A DNA stretch of 64,000 bases. Source: Neodothiora populina (lineage: Eukaryota). This document shows positions 25,425 to 37,195 of the stretch, piece after piece (positions within the stretch are counted from its first letter, which is position 1; every line of letters begins with the position of its first letter). The position numbers and the translations under genes are program-made. The notes beneath the pieces are model-generated. The model had not been told where the DNA came from, searched no databases, and saw nothing but the letters and a program-made list of their open reading frames with translations. The stretch covers positions 186,001 through 250,000 of the forward strand of contig NW_027191414.1 in NCBI RefSeq assembly GCF_041146345.1, in the 5' to 3' direction.

Positions 25425-28401
25425 ATGCCTAAGTCTCGTCCAGGTCTGCAATCATCGGCTCCAAGGGAGAAAGTCGCTCCAGAGGCGATCGAAAGGCATA
25501 GGATGATGAGCAATGCCTTTTACCAGCAAGACTTCAACCGTCGCAATCCACCGCCATTAAAGCAGGAACATCCGGCGTTCCGACAAGCTAATGCTTCTAA
25601 TCATCCGGCCATGTTGTCTGCAATCTCTACTGACTCACGTTCGACTCAGGTCACCACAATGTCTAATCTAATCAACGCAAGAGGAAACCAAGTTCGTGGC
25701 TCATCGCCACGACGTGTCGAACAGGTCAAGCTCCTGCCTGATGGTGAGGGCACTGCTGTGCCAACTGCGCGTGGCATCATTGAGAACAGAAACGAGCTGA
25801 TGTTGTATAACGCGACGGGAGAACCAGAGGATCGTACCCCTGTTTACATCTATTGCCCCATACCGGGCGAAGGCTCTAATCACAGCAAGACCAGCAGTGC
25901 TGGTAGCGGTCCCGCCCCTGACCGTCCCAAGAGTCCCAGGAAGAGACTTCTCGACAAATTCAACTTCAGCAAGGCGAAGTCTTTCAAAGACTTCAATCAG
26001 CCACCCACCCCAACTGAGTCGCTCCCACCAAAGGCAGCCGCGTTCTTCGGAAGTTCTACCTCTTCAACCACCAGAAGTGGCGATCACGCAGGCAATGGTA
26101 ATGGATCAGCTTCCAAGAGAAACTTCTTCTTACGCAAATCAGATTATGTCAACAATGTGTCCATGGCTGCGACCCCTCTCGATCCTGCCATGCTTGTCAA
26201 CCGTGTGGACATGCCAGGCCACAGTACCCCAACTCCGTACAACAGCGCTAGCAAATCCGATAAAGGTGATGTCCAGGTCAGGCGCGTGGTTTCTCAGCCC
26301 CACGAAACCAGTCCAGTGCACGAAGCAGAGAAAGCGTCTGCACTTGCCAGAAGCAAAAGCCTGCATGGCTACGACAGCAAAGCACCACCCACGCCTCTGC
26401 CCAAGGATACCCCACCTGAGATTCGGCGTGATCGCACTTCGTATGGGACTGATGTTTTCATCTCTCCTCCTAAAACATCTCATGGTTACCAAGCTGACAC
26501 TACGGTCGAAGAGACGCCCACAAAGCGTCGCACAGTGGCTCATGGAAGGCAGCCCCTCGATGCAACCAAGATCGAGAAATATGTCGGTCAAGGTCGTGTC
26601 TCTGCAGGCAAACCCACCTTTACGGAGCAGGAGAGCATTGAGTCTCTACGTGCAGCCCAAACCTGCGACGGCGAAGCAGTGACAACTGATGAAGACATCG
26701 AAGAGGCGGAGAAAGCCATGTACGTGTCGCGCGGTCAACTTGAAAACGGAGACTTACCAGCTGCGACATACAGTCCCGTTAGTCCCCCCGGCTATTCGAT
26801 CAAGCACGTCTACAGTCCTAGCGTTTATGATAAGGACTTTGAGACTGAGGCCTATGATGCCGAACAGGTCAAACGCATCAAAGTGAGTTCCCCTCTTTCG
26901 TCGTTTGCGTCAACCCTCACTTACAGTTCCTTGCAAACTTTACTGTGATCACCTGTGCTTATTAACTTGTCTAATCATCCAGTCAATCCTCCAGCAACAC
27001 CGTCACTCGTCGCCGACCACTGGCAACACCCACTTCGTGAACAGGGAGCGAAGCTTCAACAAGGGTGTCACTTTCGAGCCGCGCCACACATCGGATCATT
27101 ACGAGGTCTCGCTGTCCAGCCACCGCCGTGCCTCAGCTGACAGCCAGATCACGCCCAGCCGCAAGCAGCTCATACGTCGCGAAGCGGACCGCAAATCCAG
27201 TTCTTCTGAAACCAGCAGTATTCTGATAGCCAATCTGATGGGTGTAGAGGTTACCCCGCCCGACCAGTCTTTCAGGAGCTTCAGCAAGCTGGGCAGACTC
27301 TTCGACATGAAGCCAGACCTTGCACCTCGTTTCTCGGGACTAGATGAGTTTAGCAATGCTTCTGCTATACCTTCTCCACTTCACTTCAAGGAGCTCAAAT
27401 CGCAGGATGGCAACCTGTTTCAGGCGGACTACAATGGCGAGAGTGACAGCCTGAGCAAGGGCGATGATACCTTGCGTATCGAACATGGTCCTGCTGGTGT
27501 CAACACCCAAGGAACTGGCATCGCTGTCGCTGGAGACGGTAGTTCCAACAGCAGCGAAGTGAACTTACGCGACCGCTTCCATGCCGATGCAGTTAGCATC
27601 CGCACTGACAACACCGCGATTGGAAACAAGCTTGACGTGATCACGTCGCTGTGCGAGTCCATGGAGGCGTCGCAGAGTAGAAGAGACGAAGAACAGAGTC
27701 TGGTCAAGTGTTGTCTTGTGACCCTGTCGAGCAAGCTCGCGATCGTCGAGGATACCTGTCAGGGCCTGGGAGAGAAGATCGAGCGCATCGAGACCAGTGT
27801 CATTGCAAAGGACGCTCTCATCGACCGCCAGGCAGACGAGCTCGAATTCACAATCGCCAAGCTCAAAAAGGTCTTTCACACGCAGGAATTCACTATGGCG
27901 GCAGTCATTGACGAACTCACATTCATGGACGAGAAATTGGGAGTGCTTGACCACAAGATCGATACAATTGGATTCCAAGTCGGAAAGGTCGACGGCTTGT
28001 CTGACGATCTCGTTGGAGTGACGTCTGCCGTTCAGAAGCTTGAAGACAATATACAAACGATCACTAAAGCTTTGGATGGCGAAGAATCACTCACCGGCGG
28101 CAATGGCGCCATCGCCGCTCGCGTGTCCACATTGGAAAGTGACTTGCGCGCCCAGACCGCATCTGTCGATTGCTTAGGCATTTTCGAGCAGAAAGTCAAG
28201 CTTGGAGATCGCGTTTCGTCGCTGGGTAGCCGTCTCAGCGCCCTCGAGGGTAAAGTCAACGCCAGCACTACTGGTAAAGCTATCGAGCATGGCGGCGGTC
28301 CTCTTTCTGGTGGCAAGCTTTGGTCGCCTGCATCTGCTGGCAGCAGCAGCAACAGCGGACTTTGGTCTGGCGGCCTTAGTAGTCCCCATGGTCGTCGTTG
28401 A
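25425..28401 (+). CDS. hypothetical protein with disordered S/P-rich N-terminus and coiled-coil C-terminal part (intron 26883-26982)
   Basis: Two long ORFs (537 and 498 aa) are joined in frame by GTGAGT..CTAAT..CCAG. Heptad-like pattern in the second exon. Start codon uncertain. Confidence 0.7.
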
Positions 28402-30282
28402 GTTGGACTGCAAGTACGTCGTTCCGCGGACCTCACATGCAGCACGAGTTTGGAGGACCCCATAGGGACAGAACGATTGCGATGACTTGGGTCGCTACAT
28501 GTCTGGCAGTGGGCCAGTCATCTGCCTTGGAGGAGTCGAACACCCAGATCTTGGAAGTTCAGCTAGGATAGGCGAGCGAGTTGGGCTTTTGGTCTTCTTT
28601 TCTAGTAGGAGTTGAGCTCCACACCGCGATTATTCTCTTTTCTTCTTCTATCACCCATCTGCTTATGCAAAGGCCTTTTCATGTACTTTAGTCAGCAGCA
28701 ACAGAGCAAAGAATTATATCCGAACCAAAAAAGCGCGCCCGGTCTGTCTGTCATTGCAAGAGGACGACGATCAAACACCAGCAGCCTATATAAAGTGTCA
28801 GGCGCCTCGCTGTAATCCGTGCATCAACGACAAGGCACATCAGACATCACGTAGACCTGCCCATGCTTTTCTTTGCCTACAGTACTATACCGTCATGTGC
28901 AGTGTTGATCACGCTTCATTTAGGATGATTCGCACGGTAATATAAATCTCTTCTTTTCGTGCGCTGGTCACGGCGGTTCCTACGGAGAGACGCGGAAAGC
29001 GGCTGGTCTTTTCCTCTCTACCAGCCATACCTACCTACCTTAGTCATGGGAGGGAGAAGCGGTAAGGCCCGATTGCTGGGAGATCCATGTCGCAGTCTTG
29101 AGTTGATTGATGCTTGGGCTGCTCACCTTTCTTTATTCACTTATAGTTCCGGCTAGACAGACTATTCGGGACAGCCGAGGCGGTTTCTCGACCCAAGAGC
29201 CCGGAACCGAAGACTGAACCCTGAGGTTTATATAAGGTAAGGTATACAATATCTACATACAATACGCAGATGTGTAATCGAGTTCTTTCCCACCCTGTCC
29301 GTCCTGTTCCATCCTTCTTTGCAGCATTTCCCTTTTTCTCGGCAGGCACCCGAACAGCGGGGATCAATGGACAGGGACCAGCTTTTAGAAGCGTGGGGGT
29401 GCGGTGGTTTGAGGCGGAGAAGCAGCAAGAAGGGTAGAAAGAAACAAGGGACCGACTGACTACCACAGACCGCGACCGGCTGTCTGACTCTCTCTTTGCA
29501 TGGAAGCGGACAGTGTGGGTAGGTGGGTCAGTGGGCCTGTGATGCAATTGTGGCTGCCGCGCGACAGGAATGGTCTGACCAGTTTGGGCGTGTGTATTAG
29601 TAGCTGAGCGAGGGAGACGTCTTGGATGTTTTTGATCTCGATGTTGATCTGCACTGTTCATTCGTGCTGCTCGCCTTTGGACTTTTTGCAGGATTGAGTT
29701 GAGATGTGAGATGAGGTGTACCTTGTGAAGGTAGTTTGCTGTATGCAGAGCCGGACTTGTCTTGTCGCATTACTGCCGAACAACTGGTCTGTGCACCTTT
29801 AAGAAAATTGTAACGGGCAACGAGATGAGTCGGTTGGTTGGTTAGTTGGTTGGTTGACTACTTGGTTACCTTACTTTGGTTGATCGTCCAGTAGTGGGTG
29901 GGATTATAAGGTTGCACACTTGCTTTGCTTTGCTTGCTTTAGGTCTACAAAGTGGATTCTCGGGATCCTCGCTGCTGCCTTTTACTGTGCTCGTCTTCGT
30001 CTGCCCTTTTTCCAGTCTTTTGTTCCCAGGGCTCGAGTTTCGGTCTGAGACGCGGACGAAAGTGTGTGTGTTGTTTTTCCCACTTTTAATCCGGAAAAGA
30101 ATACAACCACTGCTGTACAGTACCTTGACATTTGTATTTGTAGGTTTCACATTACGACTACTTCTTCCATACAGTTACATTACTCGTTTGCTTTTCATTG
30201 TCAAAGTGGCTGGGCTTCAACCCCGTCCGTCAGCATTTACCTGCTGTTGTAGTCGGTTCGGTGCGCATTGTCTCTCGAGGCC

Positions 30283-33278
30283 ATGTCCGCCGCCGCCTCG
30301 GAGGATGCGGCAGTAGTAGAAGGGGCATGTGTTAGAGATGAACGCACAGATGCAGATGCATCGTCACCGTCATCGACACTACTAAGACCATCATCGCTAC
30401 AATGTCCGCAGTGGGCCGCCGAGTCCGGTGGAAGAGCAGGAGAGGGAGATGTAGAAGTAGTGATAGAGCAGCAGCAACAGCAGCAGCAGCAGTCATCTCA
30501 GCATCCTCTACTCACTCTGCAGCAACAGCAACAGCAACAGCAACAGCGACACACGTCTCCCCAGATGCAAAGCACCAGCCTCTTTCACGACGAAACTGCT
30601 TCGGTACAGTCGAGAAATCTAAATATCATCAATGCAAATGCACCACCAGACATGTCCTCGTCGACGTCAGCGTTAGCTGCTGCTGCTGCTGCTGCTGCTG
30701 CTTCAGCGTCACCTTCAGCTGCTTCGGCGCCAGTGTCAGTGTCAGCGTCATCGTCATCGTCGTCGCCCTCTTCAGCCTCGCCTTTTGTATACCAGCCGCA
30801 ACCCATGCAGGGCCTCGGCGCCTTGGGGAATGCCTTGCCCCCACTCCAAATCCGTCATCCGCATTCGCGCCAAGGCAGCATCGCTTCACATTCACGGCAG
30901 GGAAGTGTCACTGGTCTACAGATCCGAACCGACCTCGATCCTGCAACGACATCAACGGTCATTAGTCGACATGGGCTTCCGCACCCCCAGGCGCAACAAC
31001 CTCACCACCCACAACCACAACCACAAGCGCAACCGCCACCGCCACCGCAACCGCAGCCGCAGCCGCAGCCGCAGCCCCACACCTCGACCTCGTCCCACAA
31101 CCTCGACTCTCCCGCCAGCATCCTGAGCGCCGGGCTCATTCCAAGCAACACCACCGACCTCCGCAGGGCCATCTCTGCCGCCAGTCTGAACAGCGCCTTG
31201 TCGCCGAACGCTGGCATGACATCGCCTGCGCTGGCAGCGATGCTGGACATAACCCCGCTGCCCTCGCCCATAGGTTCTGGAGAGCTGTCGCCTGGTCCAT
31301 GGAAAAGAGTACGGAGTTTTGACAGGAGGAGGATCGGCAGTAATGAGCGAAGGCCTTCGACTGCGACCTCGAGTGGAGCAGAGAGTGGCGATCCTTTTCT
31401 GTCGTCGCATCCCCAGACCAGATTTCACATTCCACTGTCGCCTGGTTCACCACCAAAGAAAGTCAAGGGCTATGGCAGTCTGATGTCTGCAGCAGTCGAG
31501 GCGCAGAGGGCTAGTTCGGCGCAAGTAACCCCTGCCGCGCACAAGAGCGTGTCGCATGGCCGGAATCGTAGCATCTCTGATTTTGTTCCTGAACAACTCA
31601 ACAATATTCGGCCCCGTAACATCACGATGGCGACCAACCTGATGGGCCGTCAACCGGAGCTTCCGATGCACAGAGAGCAGTATCTCGCCGCGCAGAGAGG
31701 ACTGGTTACTTCGCAACATCAATCGCAACTTTCGGATCCCGCCAAAGCCCTCCCGTCTCCACCTCCGAGTAATAGATCCGTGACCAACAGTGACATGGAC
31801 GACGAGGATCTACATCCGATAGCAGAGGAAGAGGAAGAAGAGCCAAATGTCGAGTACTTCCATGTCCGCGATGCGCGCAATCCTTCCCGAAAGCGCAGAT
31901 GGCGCGCCGTCCGCGATCTGGGCCAAGGAACATTTTCCAGAGTCATCCTAGCCACTTCTCAGCGTCTGCCGCCCGCCAAAGCCTATATTGAACCAAACTT
32001 GGATTCCTCCCGCCTAGTCGCAGTCAAGATCGTCGAACACGGCCCCGCGGGCGGCGCGGACGAGGAGCGCATAGAAGTGTCTCTGAAGCGCGAAGTCGAC
32101 ATATTGAAAAGTGTCAGCCACCCGTGCATTGTGCAACTGAAAGCCTTGGAGTATACCGATGACCGCGCGCTGCTCGTGCTGACTTATTGTCCTGGAGGAG
32201 ACTTGTTCGAGCTGGCCAGCCAGAAATCCGAGATCCTGACCAGGCCGCTGGTTCAGCGTATTTTCGCAGAGGTTCTGGCAGCGGTGCGGTATTTGCACGA
32301 AATGGGTGTTGTGCATAGGGATCTGAAGCTCGAAAGTAAGCGTCATTCTCTGGATCATCTCATCGTCTCTGTTCGTTCCACACGCTTAATCTCCTTTGAT
32401 TGTTCTACTGCACGATTGCTGTTCTTCTTACGTGTATTGCACTGCTGTCCTGCTTTTTCCCGTTCCAATGAAGTTGGGCATTGACCTTGTCCATTTGCTC
32501 CTGCCTATTCTGCGCTACTTCACGTTACAGTTAAAGGAAATGACGACTTGCTGCGAATCCGAATTGACGGTCTCATCCGCATCAAAATTACCAAGATAAC
32601 GGTATCGATCTTCATTATACTGATAGCAATCTCGCAGACGTCCTGGTCTACCCTCCAGCTCATTTCCTGAGCACGCTCACAGACCCTCGCACACACCCCC
32701 ACCCCATCATATCTCTTACGGACCTCGGCTTATCACGACGAATCTCTCCCCCGCCTGCATCACCGCTACTGACAACTCGTTGCGGAAGCGAAGACTACGC
32801 CGCGCCCGAGATCCTCCTCGGTCAACCCTACGACGGCCGCTCCACAGACGCATGGGCCCTGGGCGTGCTTCTCTACGCACTAATGGAGCACCGACTCCCC
32901 TTCGACACACCACCAGGCAAACCCGAGCGCTCGCGCGTGAGTCATCGCGTCGCGCGCTGCGACTGGATCTGGACTCGATTCGGAGACGAAGACGGCGAAT
33001 GGGACGGCAGCGTCGAGAGTTTCAAGGAGTGGCGAGGTGGTGGGGAGGTCGTCGAAGGCCTGTTGAAGAAAGTGCGCATGGGAAGAAAGAGCCTCGTGGA
33101 CGTCGAAGCTATGGACTGGGTCAAGGAGGGAATTCTGTTGCCTGAGGGCGCCAAGAGTCTGGTCAGTGTCAAAGACGAGGGCGCTGGGCTGGGTCGCGGC
33201 CAGGAACAAGCCGAGGGTGGAGCCATGGAAGGCGTCAGCCGGCAAGGTGCGGGCTTATGGTCGTTAGTGAGGAGCTGA
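30283..33278 (+). CDS. Ser/Thr protein kinase, Prr1/Nnk1-like, with low-complexity N-terminus (intron 32336-32637)
   Basis: LGQGTFSRV, VAVKIVEHGPAGGADEERIEVSLKREV, HRDLKLE/NVLV, LTDLGLSRRI, LLTTRCGSEDYAAPEILLGQPYDGRSTDAWALGVLLY. Contains poly-Q, poly-A and PQ tracts. Start uncertain. Confidence 0.88.
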
Positions 33279-33447
33279 GAAGAGGCAAATCCCTCCAGTT
33301 GGAGTTCGCGAGAGAGACGAAGAAAAAAGAAGAAAAAAAGGACACGGACACGATAAATTATACCCCCCCATTACCCCTGTTGAAGGGAAGAAAACAAGAA
33401 CTCTGGGTAAATCAAAGGAAAAGGGCAGGAAACAGAGGAATTGGAAA

Positions 33448-33477
33448 CATCGTCATCATCATCATCATCATCATCAT
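33448..33477. repeat. (CAT)n microsatellite in kinase 3' region
   Basis: Read directly. Confidence 0.9.
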
Positions 33478-33742
33478 ACCCAGGATAAGAATATGACAGG
33501 ATAGGAAATCCAAAAAACAAGAGTCTTCCATTACCAAGTAGCAAACAGGACATAGCAAATAGCAGATAGACAGCAGTTATCATTAATAGTAGTCATAGCG
33601 CATTAATACCAATCCCACATAGCCCTCCTCCGTGAGCGAGCTACATCAATAAAGAAGCTGACGACTCCCCCTTGCCTTCAACTCACACTCACAGGAGTAA
33701 AGCACAAGAGCACCCGGTACTGACCTCCGAGATACGAACGAC

Positions 33743-33784
33743 AGTCCTGCGCGGACGGCGCCACTGCGTGGAGCCGTCCTTTCT
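33743..33784 (+). repeat. 42-bp dispersed palindromic element, copy 1
   Basis: AGTCCTGCGCGGACGGCGCCACTGCGTGGAGCCGTCCTTTCT. Confidence 0.93.
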
Positions 33785-34197
33785 CCTCAAAGAAACCCAC
33801 GAAGTTCGTTCTTCAGGCACTAAGTACTTGGCCCGGACGGAATTCTGCACGGACTCCATTCGATGCGCCTCACTCGATTGTAAGAAGATGCCCTGCGCGG
33901 ACGAGGTGGGCGTGATGCCCGCCTGAAGTCTATACAAAATCTTTTCCACCTGGAACATGAGAGCAGAGATCCTTGGAGACGCTTTGCTCTGGCAATCAGG
34001 GGCTGTTTAAGGAAACGAATAACAGAACCCGTTCGCATTCCTTGTCGCCTGTTTTGGACCTTGTGAGTGAGAATCATGCGTCCGTTTTGCCGTAGAAGAA
34101 AAGTCATGTCGTTCGTTCCCCGGGCGAGTATCTGGAGGAAAGAGGCCTTGGTGAATTCTGTGGCGGAAGAAGTTGGGGTGAAGAGTCCCGGGAGACA

Positions 34198-34239
34198 AGA
34201 AAGGAGAGCTCCACGCAGTGGCGCTGTCCGCGCAGGACT
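34198..34239 (-). repeat. 42-bp dispersed palindromic element, copy 2
   Basis: Reverse complement reads AGTCCTGCGCGGACAGCGCCACTGCGTGGAGCTCTCCTTTCT. Confidence 0.93.
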
Positions 34240-34338
34240 GTTTATATGGCTTGGGCATTGGATAGGTATATGAACCAATTCACTATATGGCAGAGACGAT
34301 GATCAAGTGATGTACACCCTCGTCTGACTGCCGTAGAA

Positions 34339-36186
34339 TTACGAAGGCACGGAGTAATTGGGCACCGTGATCCAGACAGACATGTACCATACAATACCCC
34401 GCAGCACCAGCGTCCACCATGCCTCTTCGATCTGGATGGATTTGACCTCGATTTGTTCTGATGCGTGCAGTATCTCGTTGGTGCGTCTGACGATTAGGTC
34501 TAAGTTATCGACGAGCGTGTGGGCGTACTCGCGTAGGAAATCATGAGGGCCGGCGCCGAACCTGTCACCTGTCAAGTTCCGGGGATTTTTCTCTTTTGAT
34601 GCTTCGAAAAAGGAGACGGAAGTGGCGGTGATGTGAGCGCCAATGATCGCAGTGATGTTCACGTTGTTTGGAGATTGGAAGTATCTATCTGTGACGCCGT
34701 GGATGGATCGCAGCATGCGGAGGAATTTAGACTTGTCCGTGATACGCTTGTCTTTTAAGTCGTTCAAGTCTCTGACGCGTCTGCTGACCATGGCTTCGTC
34801 CCATTCGCACGAGAAGTCCGCCTTGTGGTAGTGACTCAACGCAGTCAGATCGAACAGGACATCCCGTAAATGAGGAGTGTCTTTTCCTGGTAGTGCAACA
34901 GAGTCCTCGAGTCGCCTCAACAAAACCCTCCGGAACTCCCAGCCGAGGAATGTTGATGTGACTTGCAAACAGCGCATTGGATACACAATTCGATTGACAT
35001 GACTGTACGCCCCAGGGACGAATGGTGAGGCGAGAGCTAGAAGGTCTGATAATGCGATGTTGCTAGGTGAAGGGATAGGTATCGTCCAGATCTGATTGAT
35101 AATCTCCATCTGGGTGAGCGCCTCTACTTGTTGGTGTGCAACGCCATATTTGAGAAATGTGACCCTGACTAAGTCCCGGCTCTCTTCGAGAGTGGCGCCA
35201 GTGACAGGGCTGTCCAGGAGGCCCAAGCCGCCGTCGCCCGGTATTATACCGCATGCCATCTTGTCGGCAAGGGCATTCGGGATACTGACGTCGAAGGATG
35301 ATACCCGCTCTGTTGCTGGTCCTTCACCGTTGCGTCTTCGAATCGTGACCGAAACTTCTCTCAGGTCATTGGTATACTGGAAAACTGGACCGACGCCACG
35401 AGCTAGCGTCGAAGTCAGATTGTGCCCGTTTCCTTCTGCACGCATAAATCCTTCGTTGAGACGTAGGTCTAACCACCTCATACCAAGGCGATGAGCTACG
35501 ACGATGAGGTCACCCAAGGTACTCGTAGCCAAGGGCCTTGTGATCTCGGGTGTCATCAGGTCCCAAGTATGCTCGAGGTACAATACTCCGATGTTGCTCG
35601 CCGTGTCGGATGAAGTTGTGCTATCGTGATCCAGAACATTGGATTTTACCTGTTGTATGTGCAGGTTGCGCAAGAACTTGATCCACGACACTTGATCTTC
35701 GAGGGAGTCGACCGAATGACTCGAGCGCAGTAGAGCAGAAAGTACTGCTTTTGGATTCAGTAGAAGCAGACCCGATCGTAGTGATAAAAACCACCACTTC
35801 GCTCTGCTAAAGTTGTTTAAATAAGGATCATGACTCTCAAAGGTTTCCATAAGTTCGATGGATGAAGAATCATCGCCAATATCAAAGACCTCGCGAAGAG
35901 AAGATCCAAAATGTGTCAGAGATACAGCAGAGCCTTTTCTACGGACTGCCATGTCCTTGTCATATATGATTATCTGGGGCGTGGTAAACTTGGTCTCGAA
36001 ACGAAACTGACTCCAACGCCAGCTGAGGCGGGTGCGTCGAGACCATGGACCAATGACAGAGTCTTGACAGCGTCTGTAGCCATCTGCTGTGCCGAACATG
36101 GCCTGCAGGAATTGTGCAGAGGCGATGACGAGAGCGACGACGGCTACAAAGAGACCTGTCATGTCAACATTGTCGTCTACCTTCAT
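34339..36186 (-). CDS. modin-like fungal hypothetical protein; ORF ends at a probably premature TAA (homologous-looking frame continues to TGA at 34303)
   Basis: N-terminal VAVVALVIA..Q.LQ..FGTADGYRRC..SVIGPW..TRL.WRW.QFRFET.FTTP, then VSWIKFL, TWDLMTPEITRPLATSTLGDL..LGMRW..RAEGNG and EAWWTLVLRGIVW. These resemble, from memory, the family annotated as modin. Confidence 0.68.
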   Translation of the reverse strand: MKVDDNVDMTGLFVAVVALVIASAQFLQAMFGTADGYRRCQDSVIGPWSRRTRLSWRWSQFRFETKFTTPQIIIYDKDMAVRRKGSAVSLTHFGSSLREVFDIGDDSSSIELMETFESHDPYLNNFSRAKWWFLSLRSGLLLLNPKAVLSALLRSSHSVDSLEDQVSWIKFLRNLHIQQVKSNVLDHDSTTSSDTASNIGVLYLEHTWDLMTPEITRPLATSTLGDLIVVAHRLGMRWLDLRLNEGFMRAEGNGHNLTSTLARGVGPVFQYTNDLREVSVTIRRRNGEGPATERVSSFDVSIPNALADKMACGIIPGDGGLGLLDSPVTGATLEESRDLVRVTFLKYGVAHQQVEALTQMEIINQIWTIPIPSPSNIALSDLLALASPFVPGAYSHVNRIVYPMRCLQVTSTFLGWEFRRVLLRRLEDSVALPGKDTPHLRDVLFDLTALSHYHKADFSCEWDEAMVSRRVRDLNDLKDKRITDKSKFLRMLRSIHGVTDRYFQSPNNVNITAIIGAHITATSVSFFEASKEKNPRNLTGDRFGAGPHDFLREYAHTLVDNLDLIVRRTNEILHASEQIEVKSIQIEEAWWTLVLRGIVWYMSVWITVPNYSVPS

Positions 36187-37128
36187 CGTTCCTTTTCGCA
36201 AGTGGTATCTGTGGAGAGGAGGCCGGACGAGATGGGTCTAAATATGCGATAGTGATCTTCCTGCAAAGACGAGAAAGCAAGGACAGAGCAAGACATCTCG
36301 AATGTGCAAAGGAAGTACATATCAGTGCCCTGGAGGGTGGACAGCAAGTCACAGAGGAGGCCCCTCAGGCAAGCAGTGTCGACATTGCATGTTGTCTTAA
36401 TATAAAAATGGGCTGAGCTGGCAGCTATCTGGTTGCTGCAAGTAGTAGCTGATAGATGCCCCACGCTTTATTGGCCACAGGATCGGACGTCACATCTCGA
36501 AGCACGCCTTGCAGCCTGAAGGTCCTTCGCACATGGGTCAGGACTCTTGTGGCTCGATACACCCTACCTGAAATGGAATAGCTCGGCTAGATGACTATTT
36601 CCAGGCGCAGGTCGCAGGCCGACTATGTTTACATAAGGTAGCCGGACCCCACTCTGGCTGCGGACGGCACCAAGCCCTTAGAGATGCATGGCACGAGGCA
36701 TCATAGTCTCACCGTCAAGGAATATGGCAGCCTGCGAGGATCGTCATGGTCTTTGCCGAGATCTAGCAAAGTGGTTAGAAAGCAAAAACTGTAAGAGATG
36801 TCTAAGAGAAGAGGACAGGAAGTGGGTGGCTGAAGTAATTGATGGTCTGTGCATCGCCGGGACTTGAGTGCCGGCCCCGGATCTGCAGGCCAAGATTTCC
36901 ATTATATCGTAATGTGGGGTAATCCTAAAACCGGCATGGCCCGAGCTTTGTTTGGGAATGGACGGGTTTCGGTTTCAGAAGGAGCTGCTACAGCAAGGAA
37001 GGAACACAATCCCTCAAGCACTTCTCTCTCGTCACGATACAGCACCCCCCTCGTAGAAACCCATACAGCAGAGTCAGCCGGTCTGGCACAGCCTATGGTG
37101 TGTTTTCACTCTCCCACACATGAGACAG

Positions 37129-37165
37129 CAACGACAACGACAACAACAACAACAACAACAACAAC
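37129..37165. repeat. (CAA)n microsatellite just upstream of the SIN1 ATG
   Basis: Sequence reads caacgacaacgacaacaacaacaacaacaacaacaac. Confidence 0.9.
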
Positions 37166-37195
37166 GATCCGACCTCGATTGACCGCATCCCAACC

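Noticed and set aside
32336..32637. Possible snoRNA in the 302-nt kinase intron
   Set aside because: Only an imperfect C box (ATGACGA); the CTGA coincides with the branch site, and no rRNA guide is recognisable.
32720..32730. Kinase DLG in place of DFG
   Set aside because: A tolerated variant that I recall as typical for this kinase subfamily; the catalytic K, HRD and APE motifs are intact.
36660..36672. GCGGACGGCACCA partial match to the 42-bp element
   Set aside because: Only 13 nt, and neither hairpin is complete; could be chance.
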